64,000 bases of DNA from Callorhinchus milii (lineage: Eukaryota), in assembly GCF_018977255.1 (NCBI RefSeq), contig NW_024704742.1, positions 72,356,001 through 72,420,000 of the forward strand, read 5' to 3'. Positions 14,601 to 27,863 of the stretch are shown in pieces. A model generated the notes under the pieces. That model searched no databases, was not told where the DNA came from, and saw only the letters and a program-made list of their open reading frames with translations. Position 1 is the stretch's first letter, and each line of letters opens with the position of its first letter. Both the position numbers and the translations under genes were made by a program.

Positions 14601-15679
14601 AAAGCGGGCATTCAGAACTGAATATACATTACATTGTATCTCTAGTGATACACACTGTAGTTGGAGCAGGAAGGATGTATCTGTATTTGCTACCAATCTA
14701 GGAAGACTGATGCTTTGTTTCATAAGATCTATATCATTAATACATAAACCCAAAGCTAAAGAAAAAACAATTCCTGGACTGTAACATTTTTGTCTTAATT
14801 ATCAACCTTCACATTCCCCTTAAGAAGCTAACTGACTACATATGAGGTAGATGTGAATGTTCATAATGGTTTTGATTCCCCGGCAGGGCGAAACCTTGGA
14901 CAAGTTTCCTTATTCCATACATCTGTTTACCAAGCAGTAATTAGGAACCTGGTTGTTAGTCGATTGGCGTATCGCTTTCCGGGTGTAATAATACCAGGGA
15001 AAACACTAGCATCCTTCTAGCATCCAGCACACCAGGTGTGAGCCCTGGAAATTTTACATTAGCGAGAACAACAACAAATTATATTCATAGTGTCTTTCAC
15101 TTGGCACTGAGTGACGCACTAGATAGGCTCAAAAGGGATGAAAATTAAATCCCATGGACAGGTGAATGTGTACCCCATGATAAAATGAGTCATTCATTTC
15201 AATGTTGTTTGTGGGATATTGCTGTGTGCAAATTAGCTGCCAAATTTGCCTAGAAAAAATATATAGTGACTGCACTTTACAGCAAATCCTGTGAAGCACT
15301 TTGAGATGTACTCCCGATGCAAAAGATGCTATATCAAATGTAAAAATGATTTTTCTATGGTACTTAGAGACAAGTGAGAACATTTTTGAAGCACTGGCAA
15401 ACACCTTGAATGGATCAAAGTCAAGCTACATGACATACTTTGGAACTACAGACCCTTTAACCCCATTATTTTAAACATATTGTTTTCCTGATGTCTGTTC
15501 TAAATTTACTTTGACTTACCTATGTATAATTCATTAGTTTATATACTTGGATGAGATTCCCTCTTAAAATCCTGCTTTCCAGCTGGTTAAACTTAAGTTT
15601 TTCTGTTCTGGTTTAATTGCTCATTTCCTGGGAGTACTTGTGTTGTTTTATTCTGTACCATTTTAATCAAGAAACTCCT

Positions 15680-15945
15680 CTATGGCCTTCAACCCCCCGC
15701 TCCCCACCCTACCTCTGTGACAGCCCAACCCGGTCGTTCCCTTCCTTCCTCCCCTCTTTGAAGGAACGTCAAGACCTAACTCTTCGGCCACGCTTTTGGT
15801 TATCTTTTCCCCTCCCCACTCCAACTCCCTTGGCTCCCACCTTTTTCACATCGGAGGACATCTTAAAGCCTTGCCGGCAATGTCAAGGGCTTTAAGATGT
15901 CCTTCCGATGTGAAAAAGGTGATGTGTAAATGTTATGTTATGTTT
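15680..15945 (+). mobile_element. L2 3' end carrying a fold-back inverted repeat (15838-15921)
   Basis: L2-like aagacc..tcttcggccacgcttttgg followed by a 36/38 nt inverted repeat. Confidence 0.75.
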
Positions 15946-16189
15946 CTGGAAGGAAAAAAAAATTTTTTTTTGTAGCCCAGGATATTTCTCAAATCCAGCA
16001 TCCAGCCCTCAGCTGCAAAAAGATTGTACCATCCAAGCCTGCAAAATACACCAAATGCCAAGATTAGTATTAATTAACAAAAACATCAAAGCAAACTTCA
16101 GTTATAACAGATAGGTAATTCAACACTAATGTTAAACAAATTACAGGTGACTCATTTGAAAATACACAGGTTTTATGTTTTCTTCTTTT

Positions 16190-16505
16190 GGTGTCAGCCT
16201 GTTTTAGTTGGTAACACTCTTGTGCTGGGTCAGAAGATTGTGGGTTCAAGCCTCAAATCAGGATTTCGAACTCAGTGCACTGCACTGTTGGTGGTGCCAT
16301 TTGTTCAGATGAGACGTTAAACCAATTTCCATCTGCCTGTTCAGGTGGACGGTAAAGATCCCATGGCACTATTCGAAAAGAGGAAGGAGTTTCTCCCAAT
16401 TTCCAGGCCAACAACTCCCCAAGTATAATTTGTCATTCATTTCATAGCTGTTTGTGAGACATTGCTGTGTGCATAAAAGGCACAGTATCAAAGGCAAGGA
16501 ATTTT
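16190..16505 (+). mobile_element. Deu-domain SINE (SacSINE/AmnSINE-like)
   Basis: tRNA-like head (agttggtaacactc..gggttcaagcc) plus Deu core gatgagacgttaaacc..caggtggacggtaaagatcccatggcactatt. Confidence 0.8.
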
Positions 16506-16711
16506 TTTATTACTTAAGGATCAAGAGTGGAGAATCCTGCAACGGGAAAATGAAAATGGCAGTGTACATCAGTAGAGGGTATTTTGTCTCTGGTACAAAT
16601 TAAGTAATACCATTTCATAAAATTAATAATAATAATAACACTTACATTTCATATGGAACTTTTGACATCTAGCCACTCATCTTGTAAAGGGTTTGTATGG
16701 TACTTTGTTGT

Positions 16712-17054
16712 GGAGTCCTGTAGTGTATTGGTTAGAGCCCTTACCTTGCAAGCGAGAGGATCTGGGTTTGTTTCCTGGGCAGGGTGAAACGTTAAGCAAG
16801 TTTCCTTACTCCACACGCCTCTGGTTACCTAGCAGTAAGTAGGAACCCAGTTGTTAGTCAATTGGTGGATTGCTTTTCCAAGGGTAATAATCCCTTTACA
16901 AAATAATAATTTGGTCACTCAATACATGACTATTTTTGGGACATTGTCCACAAAATATGCAGTCAGTTCACTTGACAGTATATTCTGTGAAGTGCTTTAA
17001 GACGTCTCGAACACATGATGAGGTGCTATATCAAATGCAAGGATTATTATTATT
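16712..17054 (+). mobile_element. tRNA-Ala-derived SINE, long subfamily
   Basis: Head, internal ~65 nt block, TTA tail. Confidence 0.88.
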
Positions 17055-17557
17055 AAACTCCTTTTGGATATCCTGGTGCACTCTGTTGTGATGCTTACCA
17101 CTGTTAAATAAGGAAGTCCATTGGGTGTTCGGACAAGATCTATTCTCTCACGCAATGCTGGTTGTCGTTTCTGACACCATTTTCATAAGATAATCCTCCT
17201 TTTTGGTTTTGATGATTAATTCCACTAATTTTATATTTATTCAGGTCAGGTTAACGTATCTGTAGTTGCTGTGCATGGCTCTGGCACCTTTCTTGATATG
17301 GTGTATATTCCATTAAAAGATCTCAAAGTGTTTTACAGTAAATACTATTGTAGGTGAATACAGCAACCAATTTGCTCACAGTAGTGTCCCTCAAAACAAC
17401 AGTAGATAAATGACCAAATAGAGCATTTCACTGCAGGATTGTAGGCCAGGACTTTGGAAGAAACTGCTTACTCTTTTCAAATAGTGCCGAGGATGCATTA
17501 GAATCCACCAGAACAGGCAGACTCATCCTCAGTTTAATAACTCATCCAGCACCAACA

Positions 17558-17850
17558 ATAATAATAATAATCCTTGCATTTGATATAGCGCTTTTCATGT
17601 CGGGAGGACGTCCCAAAGCGCTTCACAGAACACATTGTAAAGTGAATTGACTGTATATTTGTGGGCGAACGTGGCAGCCAATTGCGCACAGCAATGTCCA
17701 CAAACAGTCGTAGATTGAAAATGACCAATTTAATTATTGTTTTTTGTTTTGGAGGGATTATTATTAGGCGTGTGGAGTAAGGAAACTTGCCCAAGGTTTC
17801 GCCCTGACCTGGAATTGAACTTGGGTCTCTCGGTGGCAAAGCGAGTGCTC
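17558..17850 (-). mobile_element. tRNA-Ala-derived SINE, short subfamily (first ~25 nt missing)
   Basis: Near-identical to 62872-63193. Confidence 0.9.
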
Positions 17851-19173
17851 TGCAATGTATCTTTTGTGCCGGACTGCACTGGAGTGTTATCTCCTTAGAC
17901 TTAGTATGAGATCAAAGTTCCCAACACAGGACTTGAACCCACAGTCTTTTGACCTAGAGCTTTTTGACCCTTTTGACCCAGAGACATCTGCTACCTATTC
18001 TGGCTGTGCACTATTCTTGAGATATTCCATTTTATATATTTAAATGAGCAATTTCATAAATATGTTAAAAATCCATATATAAGTTATGAATTAATATTAA
18101 TCCAGATCTAAATATGTAAGTTATTAATTTCTTAATTAATAATTAATTAGTGAGTATATGATGCAAACATATTGTGTTATCTGAAGTGTTGAACATCATT
18201 GGGATTCACAAACTCACTGACTAGCTCTACAACAGTAGCGGAGGCTGGAGTTCAGTCAGAGGGCAATGCTTCTGTAGTCAGAAATAAAAGCAAGTGGGTG
18301 ATGTATTATTAAAAACTTCAACAACTACAGAAAATCCAGCCTAACATGAATGTTATTATAATTGTTAGTCTGTGGTTATTGGCTTCTTAAAGATATTAGA
18401 TTTTTTTAAAAAAGGCTCATTTTTATAAATTTCATAATCTTGCTTTTCCAGAGGTTACTTCTGAATCACTGTGCAGTGAAATGCATTAAAGAGAACCTAT
18501 ACTTGGTCATGGTTTTCCTATTTGTATCAAATGCAATCATATATATGTGTGAGAGAGTACAGTACTGTATTAGACGGTGTCTGCTCTTGATCGCTCTTTG
18601 GTGACCCCTAGTGCATGAGTGACACAGTTAGGGAGGACAGATTTGAGCTCATTTGCAATACCACTTGAGGTCAAATTGCCCATTGTCATAATTTGGATTA
18701 ATTCACTATTTCCTATTCCTAGTATAAGTAAAGTTTCCCATAAGTGGACCATGTCAACAACAGCAACAACCTGCATTTATATGGTGCTCTTCACTCGGCG
18801 TAGTGTCTCTGAGGACTTAACAGTGGAACATGTCCTCTACAATATGAAAGATATGGACACGGATTCAGAATTTGCTGAAGGGAAGTAGCAGAGGGCTTTT
18901 GTTAATAAAGTTGGTCAGAATGGAAAGAGGTCACAAGAACACAAGATTCATCTGGACGAAAAGACCCTTCAGCTCATCTGATCTCATCCCTCCAGAACCC
19001 CCCCAGAGTCCTGGCTTCAACCACCTTTCCTGACAACTGAGCCTAGTGACGTGGCCTCAACCACTGTTCCAGGCATTGATTACACTCTGCGTAAAGAAAA
19101 TCTTCCTGGTATCTGTCCTGAAATTATCCATTCCTGAATAAGTCTCCACGAACCTAGCATTCCGATTTTCCTG

Positions 19174-19490
19174 TGACAGCCTGGCTCAGTTGGTCGCACT
19201 CTCACCTTTGAATCAGAAGAATGTGGGTTCAAGCTCCACATCAGGACTTGGAACTCATATAGTCTAAGAGAAGGGAATTTTACTGGTGTCCTGGCCAGCA
19301 ATCCCCTAGATCAAATTGGTGATCTGTTGCCATGACTATTTGTGGGACAATGTGTGTAAAATAATTGGCTGCTCTGTTCACCCACAAAATACACAGTCAC
19401 TTTACTTTACAGTATACGGCTCCCACCCCTTAGTTTGGGTGCAATTTGAGACATCCTCCCAACATGAAAGCCAATAAATAAATGTAAATT
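19174..19490 (+). mobile_element. Deu-type SINE with internal deletion
   Basis: Head tggctcagttggtcgcactctcacctttgaatcagaagaatgtgggttcaagc; L2-like tail. Confidence 0.65.
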
Positions 19491-20454
19491 GCATAGCATT
19501 GTGTCCTTATTAGCTCTATTACACTAGTTCATTATTAAAAAAGTATTCCTGACATGTGGTTAGAAACAACTTGAGTGAGCGTTGGCTTTTAAAACAACAA
19601 CTTGCATTTATATTGCACCCTTTACACGGGTAGCGTGAAGGGTGCTATTCGGAGTGTTTAACAACGGTGTAGTTTGATGCTGAGCTGGAAAGGAAAGGGA
19701 GATGACTGACTGCACAGTTGAAGGGGAAAGTCTTCAGGTATGATTCTAAGATGGGCAGAGAGGAGGCAAGATGCGGGGATTGAGGCAAGAAGTTCCAGAG
19801 ATTCGGGCAAATTGGCTGAAACCCAGCACAGAGATTCCTTTTAACTGCACTACCCTTGTTTTAAATTCAGTCATTTGAGTCTCTTTAAAATTTGGTAACA
19901 TTTGCTCCTGAACTACTTATAATTTGATTGGTCTTAGAACCATGATTGAATGGGAGGATAAAGTGTCCAGTGGGCGTGTGCATCTCAAATTTGTTCCTGT
20001 AAACCATTTTGCAATGTTGCGATTCAGTAAATGTAAGTTCTTTCCCGAGGCTTCAGTAAAATGGAATCTGGCTTTGCTTCACAGATTTGGATCATCATAT
20101 AGTTTGATTTTTCCAAGAAAGTTTTGAGAATGTACAAAGTACAACAGGAGCAAGCTAAAGCTTCTTGAAAAAGCTGAGCGTTGTGAAGATGATACCATAA
20201 TTGCTTGGTGAGGGGAGGGAAGAAAGTAAGGAGATCTGTAGGGCTTGTCCAATGGATTGCCGAACATTTTTTTTCTCTGCTTAGTGAAGGTTACACTGCT
20301 AAAGTCTTAATTTAGCTGATGAAGCATCTGCTAGTACAGAGCACTTATTCTCTTTGACTGATTTGCTTTACAGTTGGCATGTGACATTCAATGACATTTT
20401 TCACAAGTCATATAAGTATGGTGTGTTCGTGGACTCCATTCGTATTCGGCTTTG

Positions 20455-21365
20455 CAACAACAACAACAAAATTATATTTGTATAGCACCTTTCGCATTGG
20501 GAGGACATCCCAAGGCGCTGGACAATCAATGTTTCAGACCCGAGCTAGGGGTCCAGATTGGGGAGGGTGGCGGGCGGGGGGGGGAAGGAGGGTGACTGAA
20601 GGCACAGTCGAAGAGCAGGGTCTTGACTCGGTCTTGAAGGAGGCAAGGGAGGGGGTGAGGTGGATGGACTGTACGATGAAGTTCCAGAAGGTGGGGGCAG
20701 TGTGGCAGAAGGTCTACCCGCTGATGGTGGGGCAGGCAACCCGGGGGATGTGAAGCAGGCCGGAGCCCGCTGAGCAGAGTTAGTGGGCAGGTTGGTAGGA
20801 GGTTTAGAGGTTGCAGAGGAAGGGGGGAGCAAGGCGATGGAGGACTTTGAAGGTGAGGATCAGGATCTTGAACTGTATCCTCTGTGTGATGGGATGCCAG
20901 TGGAGTCGGGCGAGGATGGGTGTGATAGGGTCACGGAGCCTGGTGCGGGAGAGGACATGGGCTGCAGAGTTCTGGATGATCTGCAGCCTGTGGAGGGAGG
21001 AGTTGGTGAGGCCGACAAGCAGGGAGTTTGCATAGTCAAGCCTGGATGTTATGACTGCGTGTATAAGGGTTTTGGCGGCCTGCAGTGTGAGACAGTGGCG
21101 GAGCCGGGCGATGTTGCAGAGGTGGGGGAAGGCAGAGCAGGTTATGGCATGGATGTGGAGTAGAAATGATAGTTGAGGGTCAAACAAGACACCAAGGTTT
21201 GGCATAGTAAGGTGGAGTGTGCGTCCTTGGATAGTGATGCTGTCAGTGTCTGAGGTGTGGAGGCGCTGACGGAAGCCAATCAAGAGAGCCTCGGTCTTGT
21301 TGACGTTCAACTGTAGAAAGTTAGCTCTTATCCATGACTCGATGTCTGACAGACATTCTGTCCTA
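20455..21365 (-). mobile_element. L2 LINE 3' ~900 bp
   Basis: NVNKTEALLIG..NLGVLFDPQLSF..TLIHAVITSRLDYANSLLVGL..LQIIQNSAA..PITPILARLHWHPITQRIQFKIL; (TTG)n tail. Confidence 0.93.
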
Positions 21366-21749
21366 GAGCAATACCTTGTGCTCTATAAACGACATAGGAA
21401 TTAAAAGCAATAAACATTGGAAATGTATTGTAAATACACCTGGGAGAGGGGTAGCTGTTCAAAAAGATAACTCATCACATTTGCCCCTGTTCTCCTCCTT
21501 ATACAAGTAGGAAATGCATTTGGCCATTCACAAAGTTAAGGATTCTAACCAAATGTAATTGGTTGCCGCGTTTCTTCCACAAAATATACAGTAATTTCAG
21601 TTTACAGTATATTCTGTGAAGCGCTTTGAGACATCTAAAAGACGTGAAAAGCGCTATATCAAATGCAAGGATTATTATTATTATTATTATTTGTTGGGAC
21701 TTGGCAAAATGTGACCTGTGGAGATGTTACACCAGGTAAATATTGATTT

Positions 21750-22200
21750 AAGATTCTTACTTTCTCATCCTAGACTTACATTTCTGCTGGCTAGTTTGAA
21801 TGGCCGGCACAGACGGTTTGTTTGGGATGTGTGTGCCAAGCAGGACATGGGTTATTCTGGATGCACGAGATATTCAGAAGGTGAAGCAACTGCTAGTGTG
21901 CTATGTATCCAAAAGAAGCAGATCTGCTTGAGGATCAAGTCCCAAGGATCAAGAGGAGAAAGTTTTCTGGGTCATATATTCCAGAAAGTGGGCAGTCTAT
22001 GGACTTTCAAGGTAGAAAGCATTGGAAAGGGTTGGAACAGGGCAAATGGGTGACTATCCATATGGGATGGGCAGGAAAGAAAAGACATGAGAAGGGCAGG
22101 TAAACCCTAGGTTATTATAATTGTCTAATGATGTAAAGTTATGGATAGCTATGAAATAGAAAATGAGTTACTCAAAGTAAGGAATCCTAGAGCAATTAAG
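21750..22200 (+). mobile_element. Possible decayed CR1 ORF1 (esterase-like) region
   Basis: Weak resemblance only (LRIKSQGSR..FLGH; purine-rich). Confidence 0.25.
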
Positions 22201-22322
22201 CGGGCAGTTACCTTAATACACTAAAACCCCAATTGTCCAGATGAATGGGGGGTGGGGTGGGGGGGATGGGATATCCGATCTGTCAAGCCAGAATTTCCTG
22301 GTAACTGTAATTATTAATTATC

Positions 22323-22652
22323 GCAAGTGAGAGACCCGGGTTTGATTCCTGGGCGGGGTGAAATGTTGGGCAAGTTTCCTTCGTCCACATGCCTCTGTTT
22401 ACCTGGCAGAAAGTAGGAACCTGGTTGTTTGTCGATTGGCGGATCGCTTTTCTGGGGGAATAATCCCTTAAAAAAAATTGGGTCACTCAATCCATGACTG
22501 TTTGTGAGACACTGCTGTGTGCAATTGGTTGCCGCGTTTCTTCCACAAAATATACAGTCATTTCAGTTTACAGTGTATTCTGTGAAGCGCTTTGAGACGT
22601 CTATAAGACGTGATACGGTCCTATATCAAATGCAAAAATTATTATTATTATT
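22323..22652 (+). mobile_element. tRNA-Ala-derived SINE, long subfamily, 5'-truncated
   Basis: Contains the internal block and tail. Confidence 0.88.
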
Positions 22653-23179
22653 ACAAAGTTGATATCCCTGCTCACTGTGAAGGTAGCAGGCACGGTGAGG
22701 CAGTAGCGAGTTAAGAGAATGGGCCAGCGGGAATCTACACGCGAGCAAGTGTAGTTTGTTTTTTAATTTCTGTTTTGGGCCCAATCTCGTGAGGTTCTGG
22801 ATACCTGGAAGCTGGGCGTTTATTATATCACGAAAAGGTGTGGATGAAGGCAATTCAGTCCTTCTACAATACCAACACTATCGTCCTTACGGTAATAAAA
22901 TGAGTCCAGAGAGACATCCTCAGTTAACCCGATCCAGCTGTTAATTGTCTTGTGATGTCTGTCCTGAAATTGCCCTTCACAATCCTAAAGCTGCCACTGT
23001 GCCCTGCTTCCTGACATATCTGAAAGTTTTGTTCCAGTTATACTTTATCCTATTTACCTCTAAAAGGTGCTATCTGAGATGGCATCTCTTTCCAAGCTCA
23101 ATAGTCCTCTGTGTCTAGAATTTAACCTAAAATCTCATCCCTGTAACACAAAGCATCAAACGAGTTGCTCTCCTCATCT

Positions 23180-23405
23180 CTAAACTATGCCCCGAGGCTC
23201 TGGAACTCCCTTCCTCACTCCCTTCGACTCGTTCCCTCCCTTCCTATTTTCAGGTCTCTGCTGAAGACCTTTCTTTTCGACCGCACCTTTGGTCACCTTC
23301 CTCCCCTTCCCCCTGGCTCGGCACCGGTATCCATTGCTGTAAAGCGCTCTGAGAAGCCGTCCGGCGTGGAGGGCACTATATAAATCCAAGTTGTTGTTGT
23401 TGTTA
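23180..23405 (+). mobile_element. L2 LINE 3' tail
   Basis: YAPRLWNSLP..LKTFLFDR; ends gggcactatataaatccaag(ttg)n. Confidence 0.85.
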
Positions 23406-24207
23406 AACTGTTTCTAGCTCTCTCATATTGTGGGATTTAGACTGAATGCATTAGACTGAATGCAATATTTCAGATGTGGCTTAAATGTAGCACTAAACAA
23501 CTTGAGTAGTATTTTGGGAGACCTGAACTCAACTGTTTGACAATGTAGTCCAACATCCAAATCCAAGGATTATTATTGTTTGCCTTGTTTATTGCTGCCT
23601 CATATGTTTGGATATGGCGAGTGACACATCAATTAAACCCCTCAAGTCTCTTTCTATTTCCCCTTAGCAACTTCTGTCTCAGCATGGAATGCATGTATCC
23701 GTATGGAAAATTTATTGTTGATCAGCCCAGGTCTTGGCTGCCTCCTCTGGTTCTAGGTACAAGGAACGGGAGAGCTCTTCAGTACAGACAAATGTACTAA
23801 TAAGCGCTCTGAGACCCTACCCCACGTGAAGGGCACTATATAAATGCAATTTGTTGTTGTTGTTGTACAGACCAATCGAAGGGAAAAGACTTGATTGACT
23901 GAAAGGCCCGTTCACATTGTTTGTTATTTTTGACATTTGTTTCCAGTACCTTTCAAACAATAGAACCGTTATCACCTCCTCCCCATACACACCACACAAC
24001 GGTGGGCTATAGCCTTGGCCAATAGAAAAGTGGGGGCACAATTTTTCTGAGGCATCTGCTACAAACAGCCCTCCGCTAAAAATACAGTGAACTCGGCGCC
24101 TCAGGCCTCTGTATGTTGCTGCCGGCTGTTTACTCGATGCTACTGTGGGCTGAGCAGCTCCGAACGTGCATGGCGGTGCAATGTGAGCATGAAATGGGCT
24201 TTGATCG

Positions 24208-24795
24208 TCTGTGTGTCTCTCTCCTCTGAATGTATTTGTTAGTGTGTGTCTCTTTCTGTGTCTGTGAATGTATGTGAGTGTGTCTCTCTGTGTCTGTGAA
24301 TGTCTGTAAGTGTGTCTCTCTGTGTCTGGGAATGTCTGTGAGTGTGTCTCTCTGTGTCTGTGAATGTGTCTCTCTGTGTCTGTGAATGTCTGTGAATGCG
24401 TCTCTGTGTCTGTGAATGTCTGTGTGTCTCTCTGTGTCTGTGAATGTGTCTCTTTGTGTCTGTGAATGTCTGTGAGTGTGTCACTTTGTGTCTGTGAATG
24501 TTTGTGAGTTTGTCACTCTGTGTCTGTGAATGTCTGTGAGTGTGTCTCTCTGTGTCTGTGAATGTCTGTGAGTGTGGCATTCTCTGTCTGTCAGTGTATG
24601 TCTTTCTCTGTGTCTGTAAATGTGTCTTTCCCTGTGTCTGAGGGTGTGTGTCTTTCTCTGTGTCTGAGTGTGTGTGTCTCTCTGAGTATCCGTGAGTCTC
24701 TCTCTGTGTCTGTGAGTGTCTGTCTCTCGCTATGTGAGTGTGCGTCTGTGAGTGTGTCCTTGTCCCTGTGTGTGTGTCTCTCTGTGTCTGTGTGC
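24208..24795. repeat. TG/TC minisatellite (TGTGTCTCTCTGTGTCTGTGAATGTCTGTGAG-like units)
   Basis: Direct reading. Confidence 0.9.
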
Positions 24796-25494
24796 AGTGG
24801 TGGCTCTGAGAGCAGGACGTTGTGACCAAGCAGCTTGATTCACAGCCAGCAGAAGGTTCCTGTGCTCTACCGACAGTTTGCCTACAAATACAGCCATTGT
24901 ACTTTAAAGTAAATCCTGTTGAAAAGCACTTACATTTTTTGGTAACGTGCTAAGGCACCAAATCAAATGCAAGGATTATTATTATGCTGATTATTTTTTT
25001 TAACATTCAAGTGTTGGTATATAACATCTAAGTGGAGTTTGTAACATCACTACATTTATAACACTATGTTTGGAGCTGTGACCTCTCAGGATGGAGGCTT
25101 ATGTGGAATCCAGTTTTGTCAAAATACATGCCAGAGCATTAACACCTAACTTAACTGTGCTGGTCACATGAGTCAAAAGATTCTTCCTTATGGGATCACG
25201 AGAAAGCATCAATACTGCCTATCAACAGATCTAAAGAAAACACAGGCTTTTAGGCAATAGTTTTCCCATTAGGTTTTCTATCTAGTAATTCCATTTATAG
25301 TAGTCAATTTACTTAGTCTTTAATCTTAACCTTGCATGTAAAACTACCGATCGCCTATGATAATGCAATTAAATTGTAGCACGGAATAATCTATTCCATT
25401 TGTTAGCCAGTCCAGATGAAATTACTACCTCATTCTGACAACTTTAAGAAGCAAGACCTTTTTTTAAATTAATAATTCTGATGACTACTGATTC

Positions 25495-25805
25495 TTTTTG
25501 GTTAGCCAGATATACAGAAACCCTTTCTCATACTTAAGAGTATCCAAACTAAACATAGTACCATATATGCATGGAAATTTTCCTTTGACTGTAATGAAAG
25601 TGGGCAGTCACTCCCCAAGGGACATATCCCGTTTACCTAATCCTGGAATTTAATAGGCAGTGATTGCAAGAGTTAAGTCCTGGGGACCTTAGTGTCCATT
25701 GAGGTACTGTTGGAGTTTAACCAGCCAAAACCATGTAGCTTGATATTGTGAAACTGTCTGGTAAGATACCCACCACTTTTCCAGCCAGGACCATCCTGCC
25801 CCATA
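25495..25805 (-). mobile_element. Unclassified A-tailed repeat, copy 2 (diverged)
   Basis: Shares ttaagagtatccaaac, gtttacctaat, ggagtttaaccagc and tagcttg blocks with the other copies. Confidence 0.7.
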
Positions 25806-25899
25806 AACTTGACCCAAAGAATTACCACTATTGGTAATCAGTCCTTAAACATCTAACAAACACAGGTTTGAGCCCTTGCAAGGTAGATACTCAGCCAGC

Positions 25900-26270
25900 A
25901 AAACAATAATTTAGGATTGCTTTTATGTAGTTATATCCCTTATGGAGGTGCTCCAATCCACTAATCACACTTGATTTGCTTAATGACCACTTTAGCCTCT
26001 TGCTATGTTTGGTCACCAACCTGGTGTCACCTGCAAGCTTAACTACCTTACACTGAGCTTGCAAGTCCAGGTCACTGATGTACACAAGGAACAGAATGCA
26101 CCCCACTTAATATTTCCCTCCATTTAACTTAGATCCCCAAACTAACTTGGCTTTCTTCCCAATTTTGAAGCCATATCTTGGCCCTGATACCCAGTGACCT
26201 CAGTTTATGAACGAGTCTTTCATTTGGTACTTTGTCAAATGCTCCTTGGAAATCTAGACACACGTCATAT
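25900..26270 (-). mobile_element. Decayed CR1 RT fragment
   Basis: ILFLVYISDLD..VVKLAGDTRL is a decayed LF.IYINDLD..KFADDTKL. Confidence 0.7.
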
Positions 26271-27863
26271 GGTTAAAATTCCTTTGCTCCTCTCTTTCTC
26301 GGCATCTGACAGTATTTGTTAAGCACCCACAAGACTATCCCACAAATAGGGCAATATATAAATAAGTTGTGGTTGAAATCATAGTGTTGACTTTCAAATT
26401 TTGCACCTCAAGTTCCAGTATTCCCATCTTTGAAATAAAACAATCAGAAAGTGAATGCAATCAAAATATTTCCATGGCATAACTTGAAGATAAGATGCCT
26501 TTATATCCTGGAAATACTTTTGGTGCCTGTTCAGATAGTCGTATGGGTTGTTTCCTGAGTAACTGCAGCACTTAACTGGTTTGAAGTTACATCCACTTCA
26601 GTTTCTTATGGGAACATTCACTGATGCTGGCCAACATGGAAGAAAGGAAACCAGACTTGTTTCTCCATTCAAGGAAGAAAGTTAATTAAAAAAAATCCAT
26701 CAGAATTATTGAAACTACTATTCTTAGAGGGAATATTGTAAATGCTAGATTTAAAATGACCCAAAAGACAAAGCATAAAGGTTAATCTGATTTTGCAGTG
26801 TACAAACGGCAACTTTATAATGAACACTACATCCAGTGAGTTAGGTTATAAAATTATTTTACTGTCAAAAAATAGACAAGTTACAATTCAAGTTTCCTTA
26901 AAGGAACATTTCAATTTCATTGCTCACTGCAGTAACTGGTTAACAATATGCAGTGATTAAAAAAATATACCATTAGACAAACTCATAAGCAATCAATGCT
27001 TGCTAATCCATCTGTCCTAATACAATGACGAAAGGAGCAGGTTTGATGGCACTGAATGCTTGTTACAAAAAAAACAATGTGGGAAAAAAACATCCCAAAT
27101 AGTGCAACACAAGTCCTACCATAAAAAAAAGTGCAAATTGCTCTATCATGGAGTTACTGCAAGTGTCAAACATGCAACTTATTCCCCTGCCCCATGTGTA
27201 TTACCTAAAACTTTAGTGCACAAGAGTCATTTGTTTAATGACATTAACCAGTTAAGATTTAACGTACCAGTCTCATAAGCGTCACATTGGAGTTTGCCCA
27301 TCCTAAACTAGAGGACTTTTCATTTTACTTTAATCGCTATCCCACATTTGCATACTTCAAGTTGTATCAACCAATTTAATAATCCAAATTTTTAAAATAG
27401 ACTAAACATTCAGGGGTTGAAGACTGAAAAGGGGAAAACAACTAAATCTGCATCGTTTATGAAACTTGGTGTTACTATTCCAGTTATAATGCATTACAGG
27501 AACATGCTTTGCCTACAGATATGAAGGTCATATTAATCAGATAATTCGACAAGCTGTTTTAAATGAAGCCATATGCCCAGGATAATTTCCATCTGACTGA
27601 TAATCCTAGTCATGTTAGATGTAAAATACAGATGGTAGGAACTACACAAATCAAAGACATGTGCATTCTATAATGCATTGGAAGGGAAGCTTAAAAATCA
27701 CACTGAAGTGACCCTGTCACACCATTGAACAGAACATGGTTTTGTAGGCATTACTGAATATGGGTAGAATATGGAGCAATAATGAGTTGCTAATGCAATT
27801 GTGAATTGCTGACATGGAAGAATGAAGTAAAGCTACCAAGTAGAATACTAAATGTTTCGATTT

